Positions 22,217-34,342 are shown, counted from the first letter of the whole stretch. The stretch is DNA of 60,795 nucleotides, filler included, from Stramenopiles sp. TOSAG23-2 (GCA_900128395.1; 47 parts of 47 records of this genome joined end to end with filler, not necessarily neighbours in it); one strand, 5' to 3'. Numbers and translations: made by a program. Notes: a model not told the origin generated them from the sequence alone.

Positions 22217-23315
22217 ATGTCATCTACGGCTTTGGAAAATGGCAAAGTTTGGCAACCTAATCCATTAGAAATCGAAGGAATTGATCTTGAAGTGGGTAAT
22301 ATTAATACCATCAAAGAAACGATTGAAAGTACCGCGGTTGGAGCGGCTGTTGTTGGTGGTGTAGTAATTGCTGGTGGCATCGCTGCAGCGGTCCTTCCAA
22401 ATGATGTGAAGGAGAAAATAAAAGAAAAAGGTAAAAGACGTGTTAGTTTTGTTAAACATATAGTCGAAGAAACGAAAGAGAAAAATCCATGTTGTTTTAA
22501 TTTTTTAAAGACATGTAGTGCTATATTTAGTACATTATTGTATTATTTGGATGTATATACAGATGTTCTGTTAATGGTGGCATTTTACAACTATGGGTAT
22601 ATGGTATGGTTTTGGCTAACGTTAAGTTTCGTTGGTTTAAATTATTTACTTGGTGTTGGTGGGGTGTTGGTATATTTGTATACTAATTTTGTAATGAAAA
22701 AGAGTAACTATGATGAAGAGCGCGGATTTTATGTATTTCTTACATGTTGTTGTTGCTGTCTTCCGTTTCCATTTGCATTTATCATTCCATTATTATTGGA
22801 TACATTTATGCCGTTTTATAATATTCCGTTTGTACAAAAATACATGTCAAACGAGTTCATTAACTTTATGAAACAATATGAAGCGACACGGAAATTATGC
22901 GAATCGTTTTTTGAATCATTTCCACAAACATGTTTACAAGTAATTATTTTTATTGATTGTAATGGAAATGATTGTAAAGGGATTGAAAAAGAAGCATTTG
23001 ATGCATTAGTCATGTCGCTAACAATAAGTGTAATTGCAATTTTATATCATGCTGCTACATCATATTTTGAAATGAAAAAGGAAGGCTTAAGTTTTTGTGA
23101 ATATTTTCAATCTTTATTGAAAATGGGAGCTGGATTGCCATTGCGTGGCATTGCTCATAATACACTTGATATAGTTGATCTTGAAAAGGTAACGTTGTTG
23201 GATGCGCAAGTTATATTACTTTCAAATGCTATGAAAGATAATACATCTGTGACAGAGCTTCATTTAAATAAGTCAGGTATAACAGATGAGGGCATAAAGG
23301 TACTATCCGAAATGT
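22217..23315 (+). CDS. XK-related multi-TM domain followed by RI-like LRRs; 3' truncated
   Basis: YYLDVYTDV and RKLCESFFESFPQTCLQ (XK signature), then LSNAMKDNTSVTELHLNKSGITDEGIKVLSE (NLRC3/RI-type LRR). Confidence 0.78.
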
Positions 23316-23416
23316 NNNNNNNNNNNNNNNNNNNNNNNNNNNNNNNNNNNNNNNNNNNNTTAATTAATTAANNNNNNNNNNNNNNNNNNNNNNNNNNNNN
23401 NNNNNNNNNNNNNNNA

Positions 23417-24542
23417 TTTATTAAAACATGTAAGAATATTTACGATCGATGTCAAGAACCAAGTCGTTTATGTGCTGAAATACAAGATTTTTTACATTTT
23501 TTAAAAATCATTGAAACAAATATTGTAAAAGGATTAAAACAATTTCCAACTGAGGAGAGATTAAAATTAATCAATAATAAATTAATTGAAGCGGCCAAAA
23601 CTATAAAAGAATCACAAACTAGGAGTACATTTAGTGCATTTTTTTATGGAAAAGCAGATCGTGAAAAATTTACAGAAATTAAGAAAGATATCATGGATAC
23701 CATGATACTGGTTAATTTTACCATGCAAATTGATGCAAATGTAAATGTTGCAAAATTGATGGCAAAAGATGAGGAATTACATAGTAAATTTGAAAACATT
23801 AATACATCAGAAGATGCATTGGAAACATTATTACAAGGAAAAAATAATGATGTGTTGAAAAAGGAGATATTGCAACATTTGAATTTGAAAGAAAATGATT
23901 TAATATTGGAATTAGATGAATTGAAGAAGCGATTGACGAAAGTGGAGGAGACACAAGAAAAAATAGCAGCAACACAGAATAACGTAGTCAAAACACAAGA
24001 AAAAATATTGAAACAAATCGATATTACCACATCATTAAAAACCATTTTAGACCCTCTCAATTTCAATTTAGAAATTGATGGTGCTGTTGTACGTTTTCAC
24101 AATGGTACAAGAAAATGGGCTTTCGATGATTTTGATAATTGGGTTAAAATTAAATTAAATTCACGTGTATTTCTGTTATCTGGTGGTGCTGGTATGGGTA
24201 AAACTGGTATTATGAGTATGTTAGTACGTACAAGAATGGGAATTGTCATTGCACATCATTTTTGTAGACATGATGATAGCCGTAAACGTGATCCAAAACA
24301 TGTATTATGTTCTATTGCATATCAATTAGCGGAGAAAATACCAGAATATCGTAAGAAATTAGAAGAATTAGGATTAAGTAATGCAAGTTTAAGTGAATTA
24401 AATGTGACGGGACTATTTGATAAAATTTTAAGAGCACCATTAGCAAATATAAAACGACCTGATGAATTTACATCAAAACGCCAAATTATTTTAATTGATG
24501 CATTAGATGAATGTGATCATAATGGTAAAAATGATTTATTAG
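23417..24542 (+). CDS. NLR-like STAND protein: MLKL/HeLo-like helical N-terminus + coiled coil + NACHT (NPHP3/TANC type); partial
   Basis: Frame is open from 23417, 92 codons before the listed ATG. GTRKW, Walker A GGAGMGKT, HHFCR, SIAYQL, Walker B ILIDALDEC. Confidence 0.85.
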
Positions 24543-25421
24543 NNNNNNNNNNNNNNNNNNNNNNNNNNNNNNNNNNNNNNNNNNNNTTAATTAATTAANN
24601 NNNNNNNNNNNNNNNNNNNNNNNNNNNNNNNNNNNNNNNNNNTATTGAGAATGCGAATAGTATGGGAATAGCATTGAACACTAATAGAAACTTTTACATA
24701 TCTATTTTATTGACAAAGAATGTCAGTATTTATATTTATTGATGTATATATATAGATATGAAAATTTTAAATGTAGATTTATACACACAGACTTTATTAT
24801 GGTTTGTAACAAGTTTTACAAACTGGCTGGAACTTTTTAGCTTGTTTGGTAGGATTTATTATTTCCTACCAAATGAAACAATAATTTGGAGACAGTTTGA
24901 ATAACTTTTTACAATACATAACCAATTACATTTTCATAATTAACATCTAATTATACATATATTATTATTAGTAGCAGTATATATATATCTTATAAATAAC
25001 ATTTGCAACTGTTCAATTTTATCTTGTATTATTTAATTTATAAACAGTTGTCTTCAATAAATGGATTTTTATTATTATATATAACATATTAATAATAAAA
25101 ATCATGATATAAACAATTATCTCATAGAGTATCTAATTTAAATTAATCATATTCTATAATATATCTGTCTATGTATCTATATATATTTTTGTATATGTGT
25201 TTGTATCTGAAATATATGTTGTTTTTCTGAACGTTTATGTTTTCATGGCATTTTAGACGAGAATCCTTAAATATTATTTCATTTTGATAGGTGTCTATAC
25301 TAATTACAATAAGAACAAAAATAATCCTTTGTAGACTGCCAAGCCTAAGATCCTATTTAAAAAGTGGAAAAACACTAAAAAATATGAAAAAAATAACACT
25401 ATTCATAATGGATGTTGGCGT

Positions 25422-25479
25422 TCTGGACCAGAGGTTTTCCTTGTCAGAATACTGGCAAGGAAAATCTCTGGTGTCCAGA
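25422..25479 (+). repeat. Stem-loop (20-bp stem plus 6-bp extension), part of a dispersed repeat
   Basis: CCAGAGGTTTTCCTTGTCAG-AATA-CTGGCAAGGAAAATCTCTGG; the right arm recurs at ~46253-46283. Confidence 0.8.
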
Positions 25480-25868
25480 GTAGGGCCAGGCAACATCAGG
25501 AGTTTCCAAAAAACAACTGAAAACCGAATTCTTCGAATGCTTTTATGCTAGCCCGGAGCTCTAGACTACTGTATATTAATATGAGTAGCAATATACCTGT
25601 ACTATGTACATACAAAAGAAAAATGTGAACAAGCTAATGTGAACATGTGAACAAACAACATTTAGTAACAACTAATTATACTTCTCTCTCTCTCTCTCTC
25701 TCTCTGAATATATAGATAGATAGATATATACATATATATATATACATATTAAAGCAACGAACATATATNNNNNNNNNNNNNNNNNNNNNNNNNNNNNNNN
25801 NNNNNNNNNNNNTTAATTAATTAANNNNNNNNNNNNNNNNNNNNNNNNNNNNNNNNNNNNNNNNNNNN

Positions 25869-26133
25869 TTGCTTCTGGTTTGACATTGATTTTCATTTTA
25901 TTATGTACAATTGCTTTTTTGGTTATGATTTGTTTTTTCTTAGTTATATTTGTTTTTTTATCAATAATTGGCAATATATTTTTTTTTTTAATTGGTACTT
26001 TTTTATACAACACTTTATTTGCATAATAATTGTTCTCCTTTTGATCATATATAAAACGTATGAAAATAATCCCAACAATTGCAAATAGCGAACCATATAT
26101 AAATATGGATTTAGGACTTGGCCATTGCCTCAT
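25869..26133 (-). CDS. Type II membrane protein start (signal anchor), truncated
   Basis: MRQWPSPK, one hydrophobic helix, then a basic stem. Confidence 0.55.
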
Positions 26134-26618
26134 TGTTAAATTTCAAATTAATACAAATTTAAATACCTAATAAAATTTATATTCTCAATAATTCAAATTA
26201 ATAACAATTACGATTGATATATTTATATANNNNNNNNNNNNNNNNNNNNNNNNNNNNNNNNNNNNNNNNNNNNNNNNNNNNNNNNNNNNNNNNNNNNNNN
26301 NNNNNNNNNNNNNNNNNNNNNNNNNNNNNNNNNNNNNNNNNNNNNTTTATATATATATATATACAAGAGTAATGTATTTATTACAAGGAGATTATGTTTT
26401 GACGTGTAATGAATCTCCTTATTTTTGCGTTTTTAACATCTATATATATTAATATTTTATATATATGTGATATATATTATTTACGAATAAGATATATAGA
26501 TATACCAGGTATAATTTATTAATATACGGCTATAGCTACATTTAAAAACATATAACATAAAAAACACCTCTTCTCTCCTCCTTTCTTCACACCAACAACA
26601 TATATAATTGAAATAATA

Positions 26619-26993
26619 TTATTCCTCAATGATATCAATTAATTCTTGAAAATCTGTTATAAAATAATCTGCTTTTTCTTTTACAACTTCCCGTTCAACT
26701 ATACCACCATAACCAATCACAATCTCCGCGGGTGGTTTTGCTTCTAAATCATTTGCACCATCACCTACCATAACGACTGAACATGTATCGGCACCACCAT
26801 TAATTTCTTGTATATGTGCAATTCCACGTGATTTTCCACCAGAACTTGATGTAAATGCAGTTTCATCAAATTTTGAATATACACCATTTTCATCATGTAT
26901 AAAACGATTGGCAAATAAATTTTCAGGAGGTACATCTAATAATTTAGCAGCTGGTAAAATAAGCGGTTCAAATCCACCTGATATTAAATATAC
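26619..26993 (-). CDS. PSPH: Phosphoserine phosphatase (HAD), C-terminal half (not in ORF track)
   Basis: Manual translation: VYLISGGF...FANR...FDE..FTSSSGGK...VMVGDGANDLEAKPPA...GYGG..RE.VK..AD.FITDF.EL*. Confidence 0.93.
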   Translation of the reverse strand, partial: VYLISGGFEPLILPAAKLLDVPPENLFANRFIHDENGVYSKFDETAFTSSSGGKSRGIAHIQEINGGADTCSVVMVGDGANDLEAKPPAEIVIGYGGIVEREVVKEKADYFITDFQELIDIIEE

Positions 26994-27094
26994 GNNNNNN
27001 NNNNNNNNNNNNNNNNNNNNNNNNNNNNNNNNNNNNNNTTAATTAATTAANNNNNNNNNNNNNNNNNNNNNNNNNNNNNNNNNNNNNNNNNNNN

Positions 27095-27870
27095 TCCTCC
27101 GTCATACTCTTAATAAATGAAACATTTTCTTTGAAATTTTTACCATATTTTTGAATAAATTCATCCCTATTAAAATTTGGATTTTGGAAATCATCTTTAA
27201 TCTGAGAAGTAAATTCTTCCATATCATTAAATAACGGATTCAACCAATCCATATCTGCCTTATCAGTGGAAGATTCTATTTCATCTTTACCATCTTGAAA
27301 ACCATTGTAGAATTCAGTACTTGATAACCTGAAAACATAAAGCCAATCACGTATTGAATTTTCCATAGATTCTTTTGCTGGCATCATATCTTGAATTTCT
27401 TTTGAACCCTCTACAAGCTTTTGTTTTTGTGATTTTTAATGTTGTTCAGTTACGTTTTGAATCACATCAATATTTTGCTTTAAATTTTTACCATATTTTT
27501 CAACATATTCTTTTTTTATCAATGTTTTCTCATTCCCTTCTTCATCACGGTTAGATTTTGTTTTCCCTCGTAATGACCAATTCCATGTTTCTATGTACAA
27601 TTGAAATCCATTCACAATACTTTTAATACGAGTTTTAGTTGTTTTTGGCGGTTTTTCTAGCTGTTGTTTTACATACCATTCNNNNNNNNNNNNNNNNNNN
27701 NNNNNNNNNNNNNNNNNNNNNNNNNNNNNNNNNNNNNNNNNNNNNNNNNNNNNNNNNNNNNNNNNNNNNNNNNNNNNNNNNNNNNGCTGTTGTTTTACAT
27801 ACCATTCTGGATTTGGCAAAGATTTGAAACTGTTTTTACAGCTTGTGATATAATTTTTCATTCGAATCAT
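27095..27870 (-). pseudogene. Unknown protein with an internal repeat, an internal gap and one in-frame TAA (27436-27438)
   Basis: ORFs 27436-27870 and 27043-27387 share a frame; EYVEKYGKNLKQNI..VTE is echoed by EFIQKYGKNFKENV..MTE. Confidence 0.5.
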
Positions 27871-27947
27871 TTAAAGTGCTAGAAGCAATATTGAATCGAT
27901 TTAGAAACCAAAAACTTCTTTTTACGATGTAATTTTTTTTTTTATTT

Positions 27948-28220
27948 TTAGGCTCTTCCTCTATAAGCAGTACCAGCACGTGAATAGTTTTCTGGATATT
28001 TTTTCAATGCTTTTACCATACAACGATCGTAACGAGTTAATTCACTTTTACAACCTTCAAGAATTGTATTTTTCGTTTGTTCACTACTTTTATTCGTATC
28101 ACTTAAAAACGTTTCAGTTGCTGTAGAAAAACAATTAAAAAAAGTATTTGCTTGTTGTTCACAACCTTTAGACCTGGGAAAATGCTTTGCCAATGCCAAT
28201 GTTGTCATACTCTGCGCCTT
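27948..28220 (-). CDS. Twin CX9C (CHCH-type) small protein, probably mitochondrial intermembrane space
   Basis: CEQQANTFFNC and CKSELTRYDRC. Confidence 0.75.
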   Translation of the reverse strand, partial: KAQSMTTLALAKHFPRSKGCEQQANTFFNCFSTATETFLSDTNKSSEQTKNTILEGCKSELTRYDRCMVKALKKYPENYSRAGTAYRGRA

Positions 28221-28320
28221 NNNNNNNNNNNNNNNNNNNNNNNNNNNNNNNNNNNNNNNNNNNNTTAATTAATTAANNNNNNNNNNNNNNNNNNNNNNNN
28301 NNNNNNNNNNNNNNNNNNNN

Positions 28321-29445
28321 ACTTTAAAAATGTAGACGGTTTAAACACTTTCCCCATGGTTTCTAACGTCATTTTAAGTGCATTTTGAATTTCCAAAACA
28401 GACTTATCAACAGCATGTATCAAACGGTGTAAAACTATTTCAAGCATGTTATACATGTATTTTGTCCTTTCATTCAAAATGCAACAAAGGGTGTCGCATG
28501 CATTTAATTGTACGCTCATATCGCCATCTTGCAATGCGTTCAACGTTACATTGACTAGTTGGGAATGGACATGACTCCATTTTAAATGCTTTGCCTTACT
28601 GATTTGTGAGATTGATGATAATGCATCGCATCTAGAATTGGCAGACTTCGACATTGCTGCAATTAAAATTTCCCCCAGAGTATTTAATATTTTAACATTA
28701 CCGTTTGCAGAACTATTGTTTTCTTTTAAACTTAATAAATCTCTATTCAATGATCTAGGGCTTATCATAGAAGATCCTCTTACTATTTGCTCTTTCAATA
28801 GATTTGCATCTTTTGGTCTCCTTACAACAGTTATTCCATTGTTCGATGAGGAAGCAGGACAAGCAGGAATATCTGTACTTTCTTGTGTTTTAACGTGTTT
28901 CGATTTATAGCCTTGGCGGATGTTTGCACTTTCCGCGTAGGAGGAAGATCGTACAAAAAACTTCAATTTTTCATCAATATCACCAATTTTATCTTTCATT
29001 GATTTTATCTTTCATTGTTTCTAAAATTAACTTTCTCTCATTATGTTCCATCAATGTTACTTGAGAGAAAAATGTTTTTTGGTTCCCTTTAAATAAAGCA
29101 CATAGCACATTACAGCAAGACACCTGCAACTTTACGTTGCGTATTTTCAAATTTGTACAAAGTTTCTTTAAAAGTAATCGAATTGGATTGGTGGCATTAA
29201 AGGTTTGAGATGCAGCTGGAATAATATGCAGAACAAAATCCTGAAAAGCAAGCTTGGATTCCCACGTTCTGTGCTCTAATGTGCCGCATAACGCACGAGC
29301 GAGCTCGTTTTTGTTAAATTTGGCCGATATGGTATTTAAAACTTGGTTGGTCGATGTCGTTACATCCCTACGTTTAGATGCTAACGTATTGAATAAACAT
29401 GGTAGTAAATTGTGCATATTTTTCATCATCGATGGCGCAAGACTG
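28321..29445 (-). CDS. CLASP-like HEAT/TOG protein fragment, frameshifted by a 16-bp duplication
   Basis: HEAT block, S/R-rich linker, HEAT block. ATTTTATCTTTCATTG is duplicated at 28986-29017, splitting MKDKI. Confidence 0.65.
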
Positions 29446-29920
29446 NNNNNNNNNNNNNNNNNNNNNNNNNNNNNNNNNNNNNNNNNNNNTTAATTAATTA
29501 ANNNNNNNNNNNNNNNNNNNNNNNNNNNNNNNNNNNNNNNNNNNNCATCATTTTTCGTTGCCATTATTATTATTTTAAATTTATATATATATATATATAT
29601 ATTTCACTATCGGAATCGTTTATATACACGCTTAAACTATACGAGAAGAAGCACAGGTGTTGATATTTCGTTTCTTTTTTTTTTTTTTGATCTTATTATT
29701 ACACAAAAAAAAAGCATGAATACAATTCTATTTGACTAAATATACATTTGTATAATTTTTCAATCTATATTTTATTGTTGAATTCTTCTTCATCAAAATT
29801 ATTTAAAAAATGTGCATAAAATCCGGAAATCATCTATAGAGGGTCCGACAATACAAGTATAAATATTAGTATGTAAGAAATATTATAAAAATATCCCATA
29901 ATAAATCCCTTAAATTAATT

Positions 29921-30349
29921 ATGAATGCAGAGGAACGACGTGGTATTGAAGATGAACGAATGAATGCGTTGGAACTAGATAATGCAAAGGAAGATAAGGA
30001 TGAAGATGATAGTGATTTTAGTGAAGAAGAGGAGGAACCGCCACAAAAAAGGAGACGTGGCACACGTAATAGAAATCCTGGGAAAGGGAAAGGAAAAGGG
30101 AAAAAGAATGCCACTGCAAAGAAAAAAGTACCAAAGAAAATTCCATTTGAATTATTATTATCAGATGAACAATTTCGAAGAGCATATACAAATGCAAATA
30201 CAAAAGAACCAAAAAAACCACGTAGACGTTTTTGTCCTGTCACAGGTATGCCTGCCATTTATCGAGATCCTGTTACACGTACACCATATTCAACAAAAGA
30301 AGCATTTGAACAAATAAGAGAAAAGAAACCATCGGTATTGTTAAGATAA
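29921..30349 (+). CDS. SWC6/ZNHIT1-like chromatin-remodeller subunit with a YL1_C-type C-terminus
   Basis: RMNALELDN..FELLL..Y.NA..P..PRRRFC, then CPVTGMPAIYRDPVTRTPYSTKEAFEQIR. Confidence 0.75.
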   Translation: MNAEERRGIEDERMNALELDNAKEDKDEDDSDFSEEEEEPPQKRRRGTRNRNPGKGKGKGKKNATAKKKVPKKIPFELLLSDEQFRRAYTNANTKEPKKPRRRFCPVTGMPAIYRDPVTRTPYSTKEAFEQIREKKPSVLLR

Positions 30350-30772
30350 AAATTGTATGTGACGAGAGATGTATACATCAAGATGTTATATTGAGCGAGA
30401 AATATAAAAAAATGAGAATTTATTTTTTGAAAAAGTAACACACATGTTTCGCGTACATATAAAAAAATTTGTTTTACATTTTGTACCAAACACACATTTT
30501 ATGTACACCACACACACGCACACAGACTTCTATATCTGCTACAAATCTGTAAAGCACACAAAATACTTTCAACACACACACGTACCACACATATTTATAT
30601 ATATATTCCTTTTTTTACGTAAACAATACAATTTGATTTGCTAAATTTTGAACCATACTATCAGTATTATNNNNNNNNNNNNNNNNNNNNNNNNNNNNNN
30701 NNNNNNNNNNNNNNTTAATTAATTAANNNNNNNNNNNNNNNNNNNNNNNNNNNNNNNNNNNNNNNNNNNNTA

Positions 30773-31867
30773 GAAGAGGAAGAAGAAGAAGAAGAAGCAG
30801 AAGAAAACAGCGAGCACCAACAACAACAAAAACTACAAGAGGGAGAGAAATTACCAATTCCAATGGAAGATGCATTAAAAGGATTAAATTTTATCGCATG
30901 TACCGTAAACAGATTAGCTGTCTTAAATGAAAATCGGGAAAATATTTGTAAAAAAGCGCCAGCTGTAGTTCTTTGCTTAATTAACATTTTGCAAGTAACA
31001 CCTGATGGGGTTCCATTCATGAAATTAGAAGCAATACAAGCATTTGGTAATTTATCGTTAGCAGCACCTAATTTAGGAAGAGATCATATATCTTGGAAAA
31101 AAGGATATGAAAGTATGTTAAACGTATTGACTGATACAGCAGCACATTCAGAAGATGAATTGTTGGCGTCCTTAAATGCATTACGACGATTGATAAGTGT
31201 TTACCCACATGTTGTAATGAAACCGGCTGCTTTGTTAAATGCTGTCGCCCCATTAGCAAATATTGCTACGGCCGAGGGTGTTAAATTAGCATCCTTGCAA
31301 TTACTTGTGCAGACATTATCATCCCATGCAATGGTCGACCGAGCATTTAGTGGCGATGCGGGATTGCCTGTTTTCTTAGAACAATTTGTTGCTAGTCTAA
31401 ATATATTAAGTGCGGGTACCCATCCTGCATTAGCAATTTTGGGGAAAGGTACTAGTGAAGTGTTGGCTATGCATGCTTTATTAGCTTTACAAGCGTTGTG
31501 TGCACATGGCGGTTTCAGAAGTTTGATGTTGAAAGAACATAGGAATGTTTTGCAACTTTTAGATAGTTTTATGACATCGACTAATGCATGTATTGTTCAC
31601 ATTGCAATGGAGATTAAAAAATTGGTTGGAGGGGAAATTGAAGTAGAAGAAGGTACTAATAACTCGATGTATGGAAATGACAACATTGACGATACGGTTG
31701 TTCGTGGCCGTGGTAGATCTAGTAGCAACACTCGTCGCCCATCTTTACCATATGAAAACAACAATAATAATGGTATGAGTAATAATTGGCATGGTGTGAT
31801 AGAAAGAAGAAAAGCGAGTATGATATGTATATATATGAGAAATTTTTTATATAATAGTGAGTGGTAA
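30773..31867 (+). CDS. ARM/HEAT-repeat protein fragment
   Basis: Leu/Ala-rich helical repeats (LAVLNENRENI, EAIQAFGNLS); the real exon may end at a GT near 31818. Confidence 0.7.
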   Translation, partial: EEEEEEEEAEENSEHQQQQKLQEGEKLPIPMEDALKGLNFIACTVNRLAVLNENRENICKKAPAVVLCLINILQVTPDGVPFMKLEAIQAFGNLSLAAPNLGRDHISWKKGYESMLNVLTDTAAHSEDELLASLNALRRLISVYPHVVMKPAALLNAVAPLANIATAEGVKLASLQLLVQTLSSHAMVDRAFSGDAGLPVFLEQFVASLNILSAGTHPALAILGKGTSEVLAMHALLALQALCAHGGFRSLMLKEHRNVLQLLDSFMTSTNACIVHIAMEIKKLVGGEIEVEEGTNNSMYGNDNIDDTVVRGRGRSSSNTRRPSLPYENNNNNGMSNNWHGVIERRKASMICIYMRNFLYNSEW

Positions 31868-31995
31868 TGATGATTAAGAATGGCAAATGTAGTTNNNNNN
31901 NNNNNNNNNNNNNNNNNNNNNNNNNNNNNNNNNNNNNNTTAATTAATTAANNNNNNNNNNNNNNNNNNNNNNNNNNNNNNNNNNNNNNNNNNNNA

Positions 31996-33118
31996 AATGG
32001 TTACGATTACGTCAGTGGAAAATCATTTCGATATGATGATGTGACTGTTGCTACGGAAATTTTTCCATCCTCAGGCCCATCTTCTGGAGGAACAGTTGTT
32101 ATTGTGGAAGTAACTTCGTTGCCGTTTTCAAAGAATATATTTTGTGTGTTTGGCTCGTCATCAATTAGGGAGAATAATGTAAACGCAGAATGGTTGAATT
32201 CAACTCACGTGTCTTGTATTACGCCGGCACAGGACACCTCCCATTCCATTCCTGTAAGAATTCGAAAATATAGTCTATTGCATAACAGATCTCAATTTTC
32301 AAAAAGTAGAATTTTCTTCAATTATTATTTGCCACCGTCAGTTTCGCATATCAAACCTAATTTTGGGCCCGTAGATGGGGGATATACTGTGGCAGTTTAT
32401 GGGGCCAACTTCAAGCCTTCTGAAGATCTTGTTTGTCGTCTTGGTGACACTGTTTCTGAAGCAACCTTTATTGACACTAGTAAAGTTTTATGTGACATTC
32501 CAGCTTTAGATATTCATGCTGATGGTGCGTTTGCCGTTGGTAAAATTTTAGTTAGTATATCAAACAATGGAAAAGATTTCAGCGCGGAGGATATTACTTT
32601 TAAGTATACCCCACGCGCGGAAATTTCATCCATCGAACCAGCTCGTGGAATGGTTCACGGTGGAACGAACGTTCTAGTTCATGGTAACAACTTTGTCGAA
32701 AACCACGCTTTGAGCTGTAAATTTGGCGATAACATCGTGAAGGCAGTGTATCATAATGCTGACTTTATTGAATGTGTTACGCCTAAACATCAAAACGTAC
32801 CAGAGGTGCAAACAATAACAGTATCGTCCCCAAAAAAAGGTCCTAGCATGATGCACGTAGACCGGTTAAGGACATTCGCGGCGCCGCCTGTCCGGGCAAT
32901 ACAAATTGTAATTCTTTCAGCTGCAGATGTAGTACACAAGGTTCAAAAAATAGAATTGTCTGGATCGAGTAACGCTCAGCTGCTAACAGAAACGGATACG
33001 TTTACACTTAAAGCTACGCACGATGGTTCTACCACAATTACGGAGAATATTGTCGCTACGGCATCTGCGATGGACGTGAGGCAAGCCGTGGAGCGTTTGC
33101 ATGGAGTTGGAGCTATCG
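31996..33118 (+). CDS. Giant IPT/TIG-repeat protein fragment with EVQTIT-type modules
   Basis: PSSGPSSGG, PNFGPVDGG, PARGMVHGG, SNNGKDF, PEVQTITV, VQKIEL, ATASAMDVRQAVERL. Confidence 0.88.
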
Positions 33119-33893
33119 NNNNNNNNNNNNNNNNNNNNNNNNNNNNNNNNNNNNNNNNNNNNTTAATTAATTAANNNNNNNNNNNNNNNNNNNNNNNNNN
33201 NNNNNNNNNNNNNNNNNNAATATCTTTTGTATTAATTTGTTTGCCTTCTTGTTGATCAGGTTGGTCTTCTACGTCATTTTTCTTTCGTATGATATTTTCC
33301 TCCATTTTTTCCTTCGTATTATTATTATCATACAGCCTTATATGCGTACAGAGTATATGTACCTTACACTAACGTTGTTATTATTCTCTTATTTTTAATA
33401 TATTGTACCTCCAAAACAACAAGTGTTATATATATGATATGATATGGTGAAACATTTTGTATTTTGTTGTTTGTTGAGTATTTTAGTTTTTATTAATTTA
33501 AATTTAAATTTATATTGAAATTAATAAAAAAAAATTTTATTATTATTATTATAATTATTAGGTGCTTAGAATAATAAAAATTGTGTTGTTGTTGCTAGAG
33601 CTATTGTGCTATTGGGTGCTGGCCCAGGCTGTGGGCCAATCTATTTTAATAGTTCAGAGTAGGGTAAATACGCGTTTAATTACCATTAACACACCACTAC
33701 TGCAGCAGCAGGTTTCCTTCTTCACACCTTTGCTTCACACCGATCTTTCCGACGCAAATTAATAACGTCCCAAATTTCATGAAGGCAGTTGCGTTGGTTG
33801 CATCATATATATGCATTTTAAACATTAGATAAAATACATCTGTACACATCTATATTAATAATGTAGATAAATGTAATATACATAGATATAATA

Positions 33894-34342
33894 TTGATAT
33901 ATAAATATAAATTGCTATTTATAATAGTAAAAAGAGTTGATAAGGTTGGCTTAGTTGAAGATTTAGTTGATCCTGCCTTTCTACCAAATGAAAATATTGC
34001 TGAATTAATTAAGGCGGTGACGAGTTATGGTGGGCATAAAGTAACACACGATGAAATTGAGACAAGGAAAAAAGGAAAAATATCAACCCATGATTTGAAA
34101 AATATATACAATGCTATAGCTCTACGCACAAACATATTAGAAAATTATAAATTGTCCGTATTTACAAATGAAGATTTACAAACAAATATAGATAAAACAT
34201 TTAAAAAACTTAAAGTTGATTTTGAGACTGATTTCAAAGAACATGAACAGACTTTTAGAAAATATATTATGTTACATAACACTGAAATTAATAATGATAA
34301 TAACCCGATGGTTAATTTTCCACATGAGAAATTTCTATCTTT
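33894..34342 (+). CDS. Hypothetical protein fragment
   Basis: About 150 open codons of protein-like composition; start uncertain. Confidence 0.45.

Noticed and set aside
27436..27438. Stop-codon reassignment suggested by in-frame TAA (here) and TGA (4500)
   Set aside because: Conserved genes end correctly at TAA (SDR, after AKL), TAG (Rab2, after GGCC) and TGA (GST-like, after SKL), and long ORFs have no internal stops.
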